From Deltaproteobacteria bacterium (GTDB taxonomy: Bacteria; Myxococcota; Kuafuiibacteriia; Kuafuiibacteriales; Kuafuiibacteriaceae), in assembly GCA_040218735.1 (NCBI GenBank), contig JAVJQW010000012.1, positions 224,001 through 288,000 of the forward strand: a DNA stretch of 64,000 nt, given 5' to 3'. The notes beneath the pieces were generated by a model. It did no database searches and was not told the DNA's origin. It saw only the letters and a list, made by a program, of their open reading frames with translations. The first letter of the stretch is position 1, and each line of letters opens with the position of its first letter. Positions 1 through 7,930 of this stretch are shown piece after piece. Position numbers and translations under genes: made by a program.

Positions 1-713
1 ATCGTCTGCTCGATGACGCGCGGCCCGGCGAACCCGACGAGCGCGTTCGGCTCCGCGACGATCACGTCCCCGAGGAGCGCGAAGCTCGCCGCGACGCCGC
101 CGGTGGTCGGGTCGGTGAGCACGCTGATGTACGGCATCTTCGTCTCGCGGAAGCGGCTGATCGCGGCGGACGTCTTCGCCATCTGCATCAGCGACAGGAT
201 GCCCTCCTGCATGCGCGCGCCGCCGGACGAGGAGAAGACGACGACCGGGCAGCGCTCCTCGAGGCCGATCTCGAACGCGAGCGTCACCTTCTCGCCGACG
301 ACGCTCCCCATCGAGCCGCCCATGAACTTGAACTCGAAGGATCCGGCGACGACCTTGCGGCCCTTCAGGCGGCCGGTCGCGAGGACGAACGCCTCGGCCT
401 CACCGCTGCTCTTGCGCGCGGACTTCACGCGGTCGAGGTAGTTCTTGCTGTCCGCGAAGCCGAGCGGATCGGCGGGCGCGAGGTCCGGTGCGATCTCGGT
501 GATCGAGTCGGAGTCGAGCAGCTGCATCAGGCGCGTGCGCGCGTTGATGCGGAAGTGTTTGCCGCAAGAGGGGCACGTCCCGAGCGCGGCGGCGACGTCC
601 TCCGCGAGGGAGGAGGTGCCGCAGTCGTCGCACAGGCGCCACAACCCGGTCGGGACGGAGGCCTTGGTCTCCTCCTTCACCTTGGGGGCCGCCATTCGCT
701 TGAACCACGTCAC
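1..713 (-). CDS. accD: Acetyl-CoA carboxylase carboxyltransferase beta subunit (3' end runs off the window)
   Basis: Not in the ORF track because it is truncated. Manual translation from GTG 713 gives MTWFKR...GLWRLCDDCG...GTCPSCGKHFRINAR (Zn finger), FMGGSMGSVVGEK, SSSGGARMQEG, LTDPTTGGVAASFA, GFAGPRVIEQT. Confidence 0.97.
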   Translation of the reverse strand, partial: MTWFKRMAAPKVKEETKASVPTGLWRLCDDCGTSSLAEDVAAALGTCPSCGKHFRINARTRLMQLLDSDSITEIAPDLAPADPLGFADSKNYLDRVKSARKSSGEAEAFVLATGRLKGRKVVAGSFEFKFMGGSMGSVVGEKVTLAFEIGLEERCPVVVFSSSGGARMQEGILSLMQMAKTSAAISRFRETKMPYISVLTDPTTGGVAASFALLGDVIVAEPNALVGFAGPRVIEQT

Positions 714-752
714 GGGGGACGGTGTTCCAACGAGCACCGGGGTTTTGGCAAG

Positions 753-3233
753 TCACTTCGACGTCGCGATGCGGACGCCGTCCCAGTCCGGCGGCGGCGG
801 GTCGGCTTGGTACTCCATGCACCACGCGATGTAGAGGTCCGAGGCCTTGTCGCCGTCGATGCCCGAGAGCGCGCGGGCGCGGGTGAAGGACGCGATGGCG
901 TCGTCCCACTGCTGCTCGCGGAAGGCGGCGAGGCCTTCGTGGAACGCGGTGACGAACGGGAGGCGCGCGGCGGTGTCGCGTTTCGCGCCGACGAGCTCGA
1001 AGATGCGCACCGGTTCGAACTTGCCCTTCACGCGGAGCGAGCCGAGCTCGCGGCAGAGCATGTCGGCCTCGACGAGGGCCTTGGTGTCCTCGGAGATCAG
1101 GATCTCGACGCCGTACTCCTTCGTCTGCCCTTCGAGGCGCGCGCCCAGGTTCACGCGATCGCCGAGCGCCGTGTACGCGAAGTGATCCGCGCTGCCCATG
1201 TTGCCGATCGTCATCGGCCCGCTCGAAAGACCGATGCCGATCGCGATGTGCGGGAGGCCCTCTTCGAGGAAGCGCTCGTTGAGTTGTTCGACGACCTTCA
1301 GCATCTGCAGCGACGCCTTGCACGCGAGCAGCGCGTGGTTGGACTGTTCGATCGGCGCGCCCCAGAACGCCATCACCGCGTCGCCGATGTACTTGTCGAG
1401 CGTGCCCTCGAACTCGAAGACGATGTCCGTCATTGGCGTCATGTACTCGTTGAGGAGCTTGCCGAGCTCCTCGGGCGTGAGCTGCTCGGAGATCGTGGTG
1501 AAGCCGCGGATGTCGGAGAACAGGACGGTCGCTTCGTAACGGTTGCCGCCGAGCTTGAGGTACACCTCCGGGTTGCCGAGGACGTGCTCCATCACGCGCG
1601 GCGCGAGGTAACGTCCGAAGGCCTGCTTCGTCTTGCGGCGCTCGCGTTGCTCGACGAAGAAGCTCCACATCGCGACGGCCAACATCGTGACGAAGATGAG
1701 GAGGACCGGGAGCACCGTGTACACGAGCACCCCCTCCCGGAAGAAGACGAGCTGGTCGGCGACGATCCAGAACGCGGCGAGCACGAACGCCGTGACGACC
1801 TGCCCGATCACTTGGAAGCGCGTCATCACCAGGCCGGTGATCAGGCCAATGAGGAGGAACAGCGCGATCTCGATCGCGATCGCGTGCAGCGGGCGCGCGA
1901 GGTGGCGGCCGTCGAGGATGTTCTGCGCGAGCGTCGCGTGGATGTAGACCCCGGGGACCGCGCGCTCGAGCGGCGTGACACGTTGGTCGTGCGTGCCGAT
2001 CGCGGTGGCCGCGACGAAGACGACGCGATCCTTCAGCTGGGCGGCGGGGACCTTGCCGTCGACGATGTCGGAGATGGAGTAGATCGGCATCTGCTCCGCC
2101 GCGAAGCGCCCGTACCAGTCGAGCGAAGTCGTGGCGGCGAGCTCGGTGTCGATGACGAGATCACCGACGCGCACGGCCTGAGGGGAGAGGTCTTCGGGGG
2201 TGGAGACGAGCTCGATCGGCGCGTCGACGGCGACCTGCACGGCCTTCAGCGCGAGCGTCGGGAGCACCCAACCGCTCCCCTTTACGGTGCTGACGAGCGG
2301 GATGCGACGGTTGACGCCGTCCTCGTCCGGCGACGCGTTGATGGTGGCGAAGTGTGGCGTTGCCTTCGCGAGGACGTCGGTCGGCGCGAGGACGCCGAAG
2401 TACTTGCGGTAGACGCCGCGGTCGAAGAGGTCGCCGGCTTCGTAGATCTGTCCGACGCCGTCGCCGGACTCGATCAGCTCGTTGATCGTGGAGGTGCGCA
2501 CGACGTGGAGGGCGCGGTCGTGATCCTCCGGGCTGCGTTCGAGGAGCTCCGCTTCGGTCTTGGAGTAGTTGACGACGCCGAGGACGACGCGCCCACTCTT
2601 GGCGATCGCCTTCGCGAAGTCGCGATCGGGGTTGGCGTCGGAGATCTGCCCTTCGAGTGTGGTGCTGAAGCGTTCGATCGCGTGGCGGACCTCGCGGTCC
2701 TTGGCGATCGGTTTGTCGAGACGATCGGCGATGCGGCGCGCGGGTGCGGAGCGTCGGAGCTTGCGCAAGTCACGTTGCGCGCGCTCGAGCGCGAGCGCGT
2801 TGTCTTCGAGGGTCTTCGACGCCCCCTTCAGGCCCGTGACCTTCGCCTCTTCGACGAGCTTTTGGATCGCGACCTGCCCGTCGTCGACCTGCGGCTGCTC
2901 GAACGTCATGTCGAACGCGACCGAGCCGACGCCGGCCTCGGTGAGGCGGTTGACGAGATCGGCGTGCACGGTGCGCGACCAGGGCGGGGGCCCGAAGCGC
3001 GCGATCGACTTCTCGTCGAGCGCGGCGATCGCGACGCGCCAGGCGTCCGGTTCTCGCTGCCCGCGCGCGGCGAACTTCACGTCGACGCCGAGGAGCTCGA
3101 GCCGCTGTAGGAAGTTCGGGGGTCGCCCGGAGAAGACGCGGAGCTCGTTGGCGATGTGGTACACGACCGCCACCAGCGCGATGAACATCGTCACGCGCAG
3201 CCCACGCTGCGCGATCCACCTCAATACGGCCAT
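753..3233 (-). CDS. CHASE2-domain adenylate/guanylate cyclase (class III)
   Basis: CHASE2 motifs (DEKSI...PWSR, GVYIHA), three TM helices, cyclase motifs LFSDIRGFT, DKYIGDAVMAFWGAP, YTALGDRVNLGARLE, C-terminal DWDGV. Confidence 0.93.
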   Translation of the reverse strand: MAVLRWIAQRGLRVTMFIALVAVVYHIANELRVFSGRPPNFLQRLELLGVDVKFAARGQREPDAWRVAIAALDEKSIARFGPPPWSRTVHADLVNRLTEAGVGSVAFDMTFEQPQVDDGQVAIQKLVEEAKVTGLKGASKTLEDNALALERAQRDLRKLRRSAPARRIADRLDKPIAKDREVRHAIERFSTTLEGQISDANPDRDFAKAIAKSGRVVLGVVNYSKTEAELLERSPEDHDRALHVVRTSTINELIESGDGVGQIYEAGDLFDRGVYRKYFGVLAPTDVLAKATPHFATINASPDEDGVNRRIPLVSTVKGSGWVLPTLALKAVQVAVDAPIELVSTPEDLSPQAVRVGDLVIDTELAATTSLDWYGRFAAEQMPIYSISDIVDGKVPAAQLKDRVVFVAATAIGTHDQRVTPLERAVPGVYIHATLAQNILDGRHLARPLHAIAIEIALFLLIGLITGLVMTRFQVIGQVVTAFVLAAFWIVADQLVFFREGVLVYTVLPVLLIFVTMLAVAMWSFFVEQRERRKTKQAFGRYLAPRVMEHVLGNPEVYLKLGGNRYEATVLFSDIRGFTTISEQLTPEELGKLLNEYMTPMTDIVFEFEGTLDKYIGDAVMAFWGAPIEQSNHALLACKASLQMLKVVEQLNERFLEEGLPHIAIGIGLSSGPMTIGNMGSADHFAYTALGDRVNLGARLEGQTKEYGVEILISEDTKALVEADMLCRELGSLRVKGKFEPVRIFELVGAKRDTAARLPFVTAFHEGLAAFREQQWDDAIASFTRARALSGIDGDKASDLYIAWCMEYQADPPPPDWDGVRIATSK

Positions 3234-3285
3234 GAATGGACCGCTTCGGGGCGTAGCAGCCTTTTTTCGTTTCGGCCACTCGACA

Positions 3286-3303
3286 ACTTACTAACTAGTA
3301 AGT
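3286..3303. promoter_or_regulatory. Palindromic operator, probably bound by the adjacent TetR
   Basis: ACTTACTA-AC-TAGTAAGT, a perfect 8-bp inverted repeat in an AT-rich patch 14 bp upstream of the TetR start. Confidence 0.75.
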
Positions 3304-3317
3304 AACGTCAGCAGTCG

Positions 3318-3914
3318 ATGATGGCCACGAAGACAGACACGCGGGAGGAGATCCTCCGGACCGCGTCGCGGCTGTTGCAGCTCAACGGCTTCAACGGCTT
3401 CTCCTACGGCCACATCGCCAAGGAGCTGGGGATCAAAACCGCGGCGGTGCACTACCACTTCCCGTCCAAGGCGGACCTCGGGGTGGCGCTCGTGAACCGC
3501 TTCCGCACCCGTTACCGGCTCTGGATGGAGGACGCCGCGGGCCTCCCGGCCACCGAGCAGCTCGCCGGTTACTTCGCGATCCACCGCCGCTGGCAGGAGC
3601 GCGGCTCGCGGGTGTGCCCGGCCGGCGTGCTCCAGGCCGAGCTGTTCGCGGTCCCCGACGAGGTCCGCCAGGCGGTCTCCGAGATGGTCCAGGAGGTCTA
3701 CGACTGGCTCCTGGACGTGCTCACGACGGGCCGCGAGTCCGGCGAGCTGAGCTTTGCCGGCCCCCCCGACGCGATGGCCGTGGTCATCGCCGCCACCCTG
3801 CAGGGCGCCCTGCAGTCCGCCCGAATCCTCGGGCCCCCGCTCTTCGACCAGGCCGAAGGCCAGCTCTGGCGCCTCGTCGGCGTCGAGCCCGAGAGCTTAC
3901 CGATTCGTAAGTAA
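3318..3914 (+). CDS. TetR/AcrR family transcriptional regulator
   Basis: N-terminal HTH GFNGFSYGHIAKELGIKTAAVHYHFPSKADL; C-terminal CPAG motif of the NemR/LmrA-like group. Confidence 0.93.
   Translation: MMATKTDTREEILRTASRLLQLNGFNGFSYGHIAKELGIKTAAVHYHFPSKADLGVALVNRFRTRYRLWMEDAAGLPATEQLAGYFAIHRRWQERGSRVCPAGVLQAELFAVPDEVRQAVSEMVQEVYDWLLDVLTTGRESGELSFAGPPDAMAVVIAATLQGALQSARILGPPLFDQAEGQLWRLVGVEPESLPIRK
3896..3914. promoter_or_regulatory. Second copy of the TetR operator, inside the tetR 3' end
   Basis: CTTAC-CGATTC-GTAAGTAA has the same arms and spacing as CTTAC-TAACTA-GTAAGTAA at 3287-3305; it directly precedes the AGGAGG SD of the hydrolase gene. Confidence 0.6.
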
Positions 3915-3923
3915 GGAGGAACC

Positions 3924-4874
3924 ATGGTTCACGCGATTCCCACGCTTCCGCGCATCCCGATCGAGGAGCCCGCCCGGCCCTCCCCCCGCGCGCCGCTGGC
4001 GCTGCGGGCGGTCCGCACCGCCTTCAAGTGGTTCGGCCCGTGGGCCCCGGAGGCGCTCGCCGACTGGGCGACGCGCCTGTACTTCTCCCCGCGCCGCCAC
4101 CCGGTCTCGCCGCGCGACGCGCAGTGGTTGGTCGGCTCAGACCTCGAGTGGATCGAGACCGAGCGCGGCCGCATCGCGGTGTACGCGTGGCCCTACGGCG
4201 GCCTGTTCCCGTGGGAGCAACCGCGCGAGCGCGGCAACGTGCTCCTGGTCCACGGCTGGGAGGGCCGCGGCGCGCAGCTCGGCGCGTTCGTCGATCCGCT
4301 CCGCACCGCCGGTTACCGCGTCGTCGCGTTCGACGCTCCCGCGCACGGTCGCTCCAGCGGCCAGCGCGCGACGCTGTTCGGTTTCAGCCGCGCGATCCAG
4401 CGCGTCGCCGAGCTGCACGGCCCGTTCGACGCGGTGATCGCACACTCGATGGGCGTCCCGTCGGTCGCGCTCGCGATCGCGCAGGGCTTCGAGGTCGAGC
4501 GCGCCGTCCTGATCGGCGGCCCGTCGCGCTTCGATCGCGTCACGTCACGCTTCGCGCGCGAGCTCGCCATGAACGACGCGATCGAAGCCCACTTCCGCGG
4601 CAACCTCGAAGCGAAGTTCGGAGACGACGTCTGGGAGAAGTTCGACGCGCAGGCGCTCACCGAGAACACCCCCGAGTCGCTGATCCTCCACGACGTCGAC
4701 GATCGCTTCGTGCACTTCTCGGAGGCCGAGCACCTCGCCGCCTCGTGGGATCGCGCCCGCCTGATCGCCACCGCGGGCCTCGGCCACCACCGGATCCTGC
4801 GCGACCCGATGGTGCTGGAGACGAGCGTGCGCTTCCTCGCCGGCGAAGGCGGCCTGCGCCGCATCAGCGCCTGA
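3924..4874 (+). CDS. Alpha/beta fold hydrolase
   Basis: LLVHGWEG, DAPAHGRS, nucleophile elbow AHSMG, HDVDD, GLGHHRIL; strong SD AGGAGG. Confidence 0.9.
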   Translation: MVHAIPTLPRIPIEEPARPSPRAPLALRAVRTAFKWFGPWAPEALADWATRLYFSPRRHPVSPRDAQWLVGSDLEWIETERGRIAVYAWPYGGLFPWEQPRERGNVLLVHGWEGRGAQLGAFVDPLRTAGYRVVAFDAPAHGRSSGQRATLFGFSRAIQRVAELHGPFDAVIAHSMGVPSVALAIAQGFEVERAVLIGGPSRFDRVTSRFARELAMNDAIEAHFRGNLEAKFGDDVWEKFDAQALTENTPESLILHDVDDRFVHFSEAEHLAASWDRARLIATAGLGHHRILRDPMVLETSVRFLAGEGGLRRISA

Positions 4875-4879
4875 CGCGT

Positions 4880-6109
4880 TCAGTTGTCGGAGTCGTTGAT
4901 CCCGTACTTCTTGATCAACCGGTGCAGGTACACCCGATCGATCCCCGCCATGCGCGCGGCGCGGCTCACGTTGCCGCCGGTGCGCTCTAGGAGCGCCACC
5001 GCGTACTCGCGTTCGAAGGCCTGGATCATCCGCGCGCGCGCCTCTTTGTACGGGAGGTCCGCGCCGACGATCGTCTCGGTCCCGCGGCGCGGGGGCGGCG
5101 ACCGCTCCGCGGTGCGCTCGCGCTCGATTAGGCGGATGAGGAAGGTCTTCAGCTCGCGCAGGTTCTCGGGCCACGCGTGCGCCTGCATCTGGCCGAGGTC
5201 CTCCGGGCCGAGGCGCAGGTTCGGGTGGCCGAGCTCCGCGAGCATCACCGTCACCAGCGACGGCAGGTCGCTCGCGCGTTCGCGCAGCGGCGGGACGTTC
5301 ACGACGACGCGGGTCAGGCGGCGCCCCAGCTCCTCGGCGACGCGGTCGTGACAGAACGAACGCTCCGCCGACGTCGTCGACACCAACAGCCGCACGCTGA
5401 TGCGATCGTCCTCCAGCTCCGACAAGAGCGCCTTGCGCCCGTCCTCGGAGATTTGATCGATCTCCGCGAGCAACACCGTCCCCTGCAGCTGCCCGATGCG
5501 CGAGCTGATCCCCGCGTGGTCGATCGAGGACGCCGGCAACACCACGAAGCTGTCGCCCTTGTGAATGCTCGCCTCGTGAATCGCGCGCGCCACACGCACG
5601 CGCCCCGTCCCGCGCTCGCCCTCGATCAACGCCGGCAACCGCACCCGCCCCGCCCGCGCGATCTCCGCGCGCAGCCGACGTGTCGCGCTGCTGTTGCCGT
5701 GGAGCGCCGAGCGGCTCTCCATGCGCGACGGTCCGGACAACACGTCGGGCCCGTCGATGCGCAGTAACGTACGCCCGATCACAATCTCCGCACCGACGGT
5801 CAGGTGTCCGTGCACGATCCGAACGCCGGACTGGTAGATGCCGTTCTTCGAGTCGAGGTCTCGGACCTCCACTCCGCGCGGCCCGGGGATGAGCTCCGCG
5901 TGACGACGCGACACCGTCGGGTCGTTCAGCACGAGGTCCGCCTCGTCCGGCGACGAGCCGACGACGACCACCTCGTCGAGCGACTGCGTGATCCCGTAGT
6001 CCGGCCCGTCGACGACGCGGAGCTGCAGCGCGCTGGTCTTGGCCGCCTCTTCTTCGGCGGCCTCGATCAGATCCGTTTCGTTCGGAGCTTGGGGGACGTT
6101 GTGGACCAT
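4880..6109 (-). CDS. FHA-domain sigma54-activator-like protein with a degenerate AAA+ domain and Fis-type HTH
   Basis: FHA (DPTVSRRH, DLDSKNG), AAA remnants GERGTGR / LLAEID / VPPLRER / WPENLREL, HTH GGNVSRAARMAGIDRVYLHRLIKK; start chosen at ATG 6109. Confidence 0.85.
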   Translation of the reverse strand: MVHNVPQAPNETDLIEAAEEEAAKTSALQLRVVDGPDYGITQSLDEVVVVGSSPDEADLVLNDPTVSRRHAELIPGPRGVEVRDLDSKNGIYQSGVRIVHGHLTVGAEIVIGRTLLRIDGPDVLSGPSRMESRSALHGNSSATRRLRAEIARAGRVRLPALIEGERGTGRVRVARAIHEASIHKGDSFVVLPASSIDHAGISSRIGQLQGTVLLAEIDQISEDGRKALLSELEDDRISVRLLVSTTSAERSFCHDRVAEELGRRLTRVVVNVPPLRERASDLPSLVTVMLAELGHPNLRLGPEDLGQMQAHAWPENLRELKTFLIRLIERERTAERSPPPRRGTETIVGADLPYKEARARMIQAFEREYAVALLERTGGNVSRAARMAGIDRVYLHRLIKKYGINDSDN

Positions 6110-6336
6110 GCAGCTACACTGACTTATCGGGGACACCCGCGGACTTGTAGATTACTGAAACCTTACACGGTCCCCTGGGCGCCTGACGATCGGTCGGGTT
6201 AGGTCCGCGTCTGGACTGGTGTTTTACAACTGCGCAAACGCCCCACTGTGACGAAGAAACGCGACACCTGGACACACCTGACAGGATCTTCGACACCCCG
6301 CCGGCCCGAAATCGACAAAAGGTGACCCCGCAGCTG

Positions 6337-6351
6337 CGGCACGAAACCTGC
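6337..6351 (+). promoter_or_regulatory. Sigma54 (-24/-12) promoter candidate
   Basis: CGGCACGAAACCTGC = GG-N10-GC with GGCAC and TGC cores; predicted +1 about 6363, next to ATG 6365. Confidence 0.55.
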
Positions 6352-6364
6352 GACGAATCCGGAC

Positions 6365-6559
6365 ATGCTCGTGCCGGTCCTCCGCGTCGTCCTCCTCCTC
6401 GTGGCCCTCTTCGCCCCGGGTGGCTTGTTCGTGGTCGCTGGCGTGCTCTGGCGCCGCCACCGCACCCAGCGCGGCGAGCTCGACTTCGACGGCACCTTCC
6501 GTCGAGTCCCCGACACGCGTCGGGGACGCCACAGCCCCATCCTCGTCCGAGGGACGTGA
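6365..6559 (+). CDS. Small membrane protein (64 aa), function unknown
   Basis: Hydrophobic N-terminal hairpin (VLRVVLLLVALFAPGGLFVVAGVLW), basic tail, GC3-rich codons, fills the intergenic gap. Confidence 0.55.
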   Translation: MLVPVLRVVLLLVALFAPGGLFVVAGVLWRRHRTQRGELDFDGTFRRVPDTRRGRHSPILVRGT

Positions 6560-6561
6560 TC

Positions 6562-6927
6562 TCAATCGCCTTCGAGCTTCTTGATCGCACGCTTCGGCGC
6601 GACCAGCTTGTAACCCTGCACCAAGAGCGACCGCAGCTCCCCGTAATCCGGCTTCACCAACCGATACGCCACCCACCCGCTCGGACCGACGTACTTCGGC
6701 CGGTAGAAGCGGTCGGGGTCGGCCGCGATCAACGCCTCCTGCGCCCCCTCTGGCGCCTTGATCCACATCGCAGGCACCCCGTCGTCGTACTGCCCGCCGT
6801 GAAACGTCGCAAACGTCTTCTTGCCGCCCCAGAACGTCGGCGCCCCGTGCGACAGCTTCTCGTGCGTCTCCGGGAACGACGCGATGATCTCGCGCACCTT
6901 CTCGAGCGGATCGATCTTCTTCGGCAT
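6562..6927 (-). CDS. MmcQ/YjbR family protein
   Basis: Start re-called at ATG 6927: MPKKIDPLEKVREIIASFPETHEKLSHGAPTF...DPDRFYRPKYVGPSGWV. Confidence 0.85.
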   Translation of the reverse strand: MPKKIDPLEKVREIIASFPETHEKLSHGAPTFWGGKKTFATFHGGQYDDGVPAMWIKAPEGAQEALIAADPDRFYRPKYVGPSGWVAYRLVKPDYGELRSLLVQGYKLVAPKRAIKKLEGD

Positions 6928-6938
6928 CCGAGCCTCCC

Positions 6939-7628
6939 TCAGCGGTACTTGTAGATCGTGTAGAGGATCTTGTACCCCGCGCCGACCACGCCCCGCACCG
7001 TCCCCGCGACCTTCGACTTCCCGGCGATACGCGAGCGGTTGTGCACGTCGACCTCGCGCACCGGCACGCCCTGCTTCGCCGCCTTCACCTGCATCTCGAC
7101 CGTCCAGCCGTAGTTCTCGTCTTCCATCCCGAGCTGCTCCAGCGCCGCCCAGGACACCGCGCGGAACGGCCCCAGATCCGTGAACGTCGTCCCATACATA
7201 TGTCGCATCAGGAACGTGGCCAACGCATTCCCGAACCGCTGCGGCGCCGTGAGCGACCCGGCGTCCGCGAGCCTCCGCCGCGCCCCGATCGTCATCACAC
7301 ACACCCCGCTCTCGATCGGCTCGACCAAGGCCGGGAGCTCCGCCGCGACGTTCGACCCGTCGCCGTCCACGAACACCACGATGTCCGGCGGCCCGTCCGC
7401 GTGCCGGCGCAGGTAGTCGATGCCCGCGAGGCACGCCGCGCCGTAGCCGCGCTTCGGCGCCGCGACGACGTCCGCGCCCGCCTCGCGTGCGACCGCGGCC
7501 GTTCGATCCGTGCTCCCGTTGTCCGCGACGACCACCCGCTCGAGGCCCCCGACCTCCAGCAGCTCGCGCACCACGTGCCCGATCGCGCCCTCTTCGTCGA
7601 GCGCGGGGATGACGACGCTGACGCGCAT
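6939..7628 (-). CDS. Glycosyltransferase family 2 (DPM-synthase-like)
   Basis: VVIPALDEE, DNGSTDRT, RGYGAAC, FVDGDGS, TDLGPFRA, YGWTVEMQ. Confidence 0.92.
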   Translation of the reverse strand: MRVSVVIPALDEEGAIGHVVRELLEVGGLERVVVADNGSTDRTAAVAREAGADVVAAPKRGYGAACLAGIDYLRRHADGPPDIVVFVDGDGSNVAAELPALVEPIESGVCVMTIGARRRLADAGSLTAPQRFGNALATFLMRHMYGTTFTDLGPFRAVSWAALEQLGMEDENYGWTVEMQVKAAKQGVPVREVDVHNRSRIAGKSKVAGTVRGVVGAGYKILYTIYKYR

Positions 7629-7930
7629 CAGTAGCCGCGCGGTAGATCGTCGATGTTCACCGTGTCCAGCGCGAACCGGATCAGCTGGGATTTGTTCGCG
7701 CGTCGGTGACCGCGGCGCTTGAGCTCTTCGACGAGCGCCTCGAGGCGTTCGATGTCCTCGGTGTACAGGCTGATCGAGACGACCTTGTAGTGCGTCGGCT
7801 TCTTCTTCGCTTCGGGCTTCGCCTTCGTCTTCTTCTTCGGCGCGTCGCGCTCCTCGCGGAAGAAGCTCTGGTCGAGCAGCTCGTCCGCGCTCAGCGGATC
7901 CTCACCGAGACCGCGGGGGCGGTCAGCCAT
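7628..7930 (-). CDS. Small putative ParA partner: flexible N-terminus plus ribbon-helix-helix-like C-terminus
   Basis: N-terminal RPRGLGEDPL, Lys-rich linker, C-terminal YKVVSISLY-TEDIERLEALVEEL-NKSQLIRFAL; overlaps the parA stop and the GT2 start (TGATG). Confidence 0.7.
   Translation of the reverse strand: MADRPRGLGEDPLSADELLDQSFFREERDAPKKKTKAKPEAKKKPTHYKVVSISLYTEDIERLEALVEELKRRGHRRANKSQLIRFALDTVNIDDLPRGY

Noticed and set aside
555-3110. Long antisense or alternative-frame ORFs (e.g. 555-3110, 29142-32066, 54598-56586, 60427-63228)
   Set aside because: Shadow ORFs expected from stop-codon scarcity at high GC; they are Arg/Ala/Gly-rich, lack motifs and overlap well-supported genes
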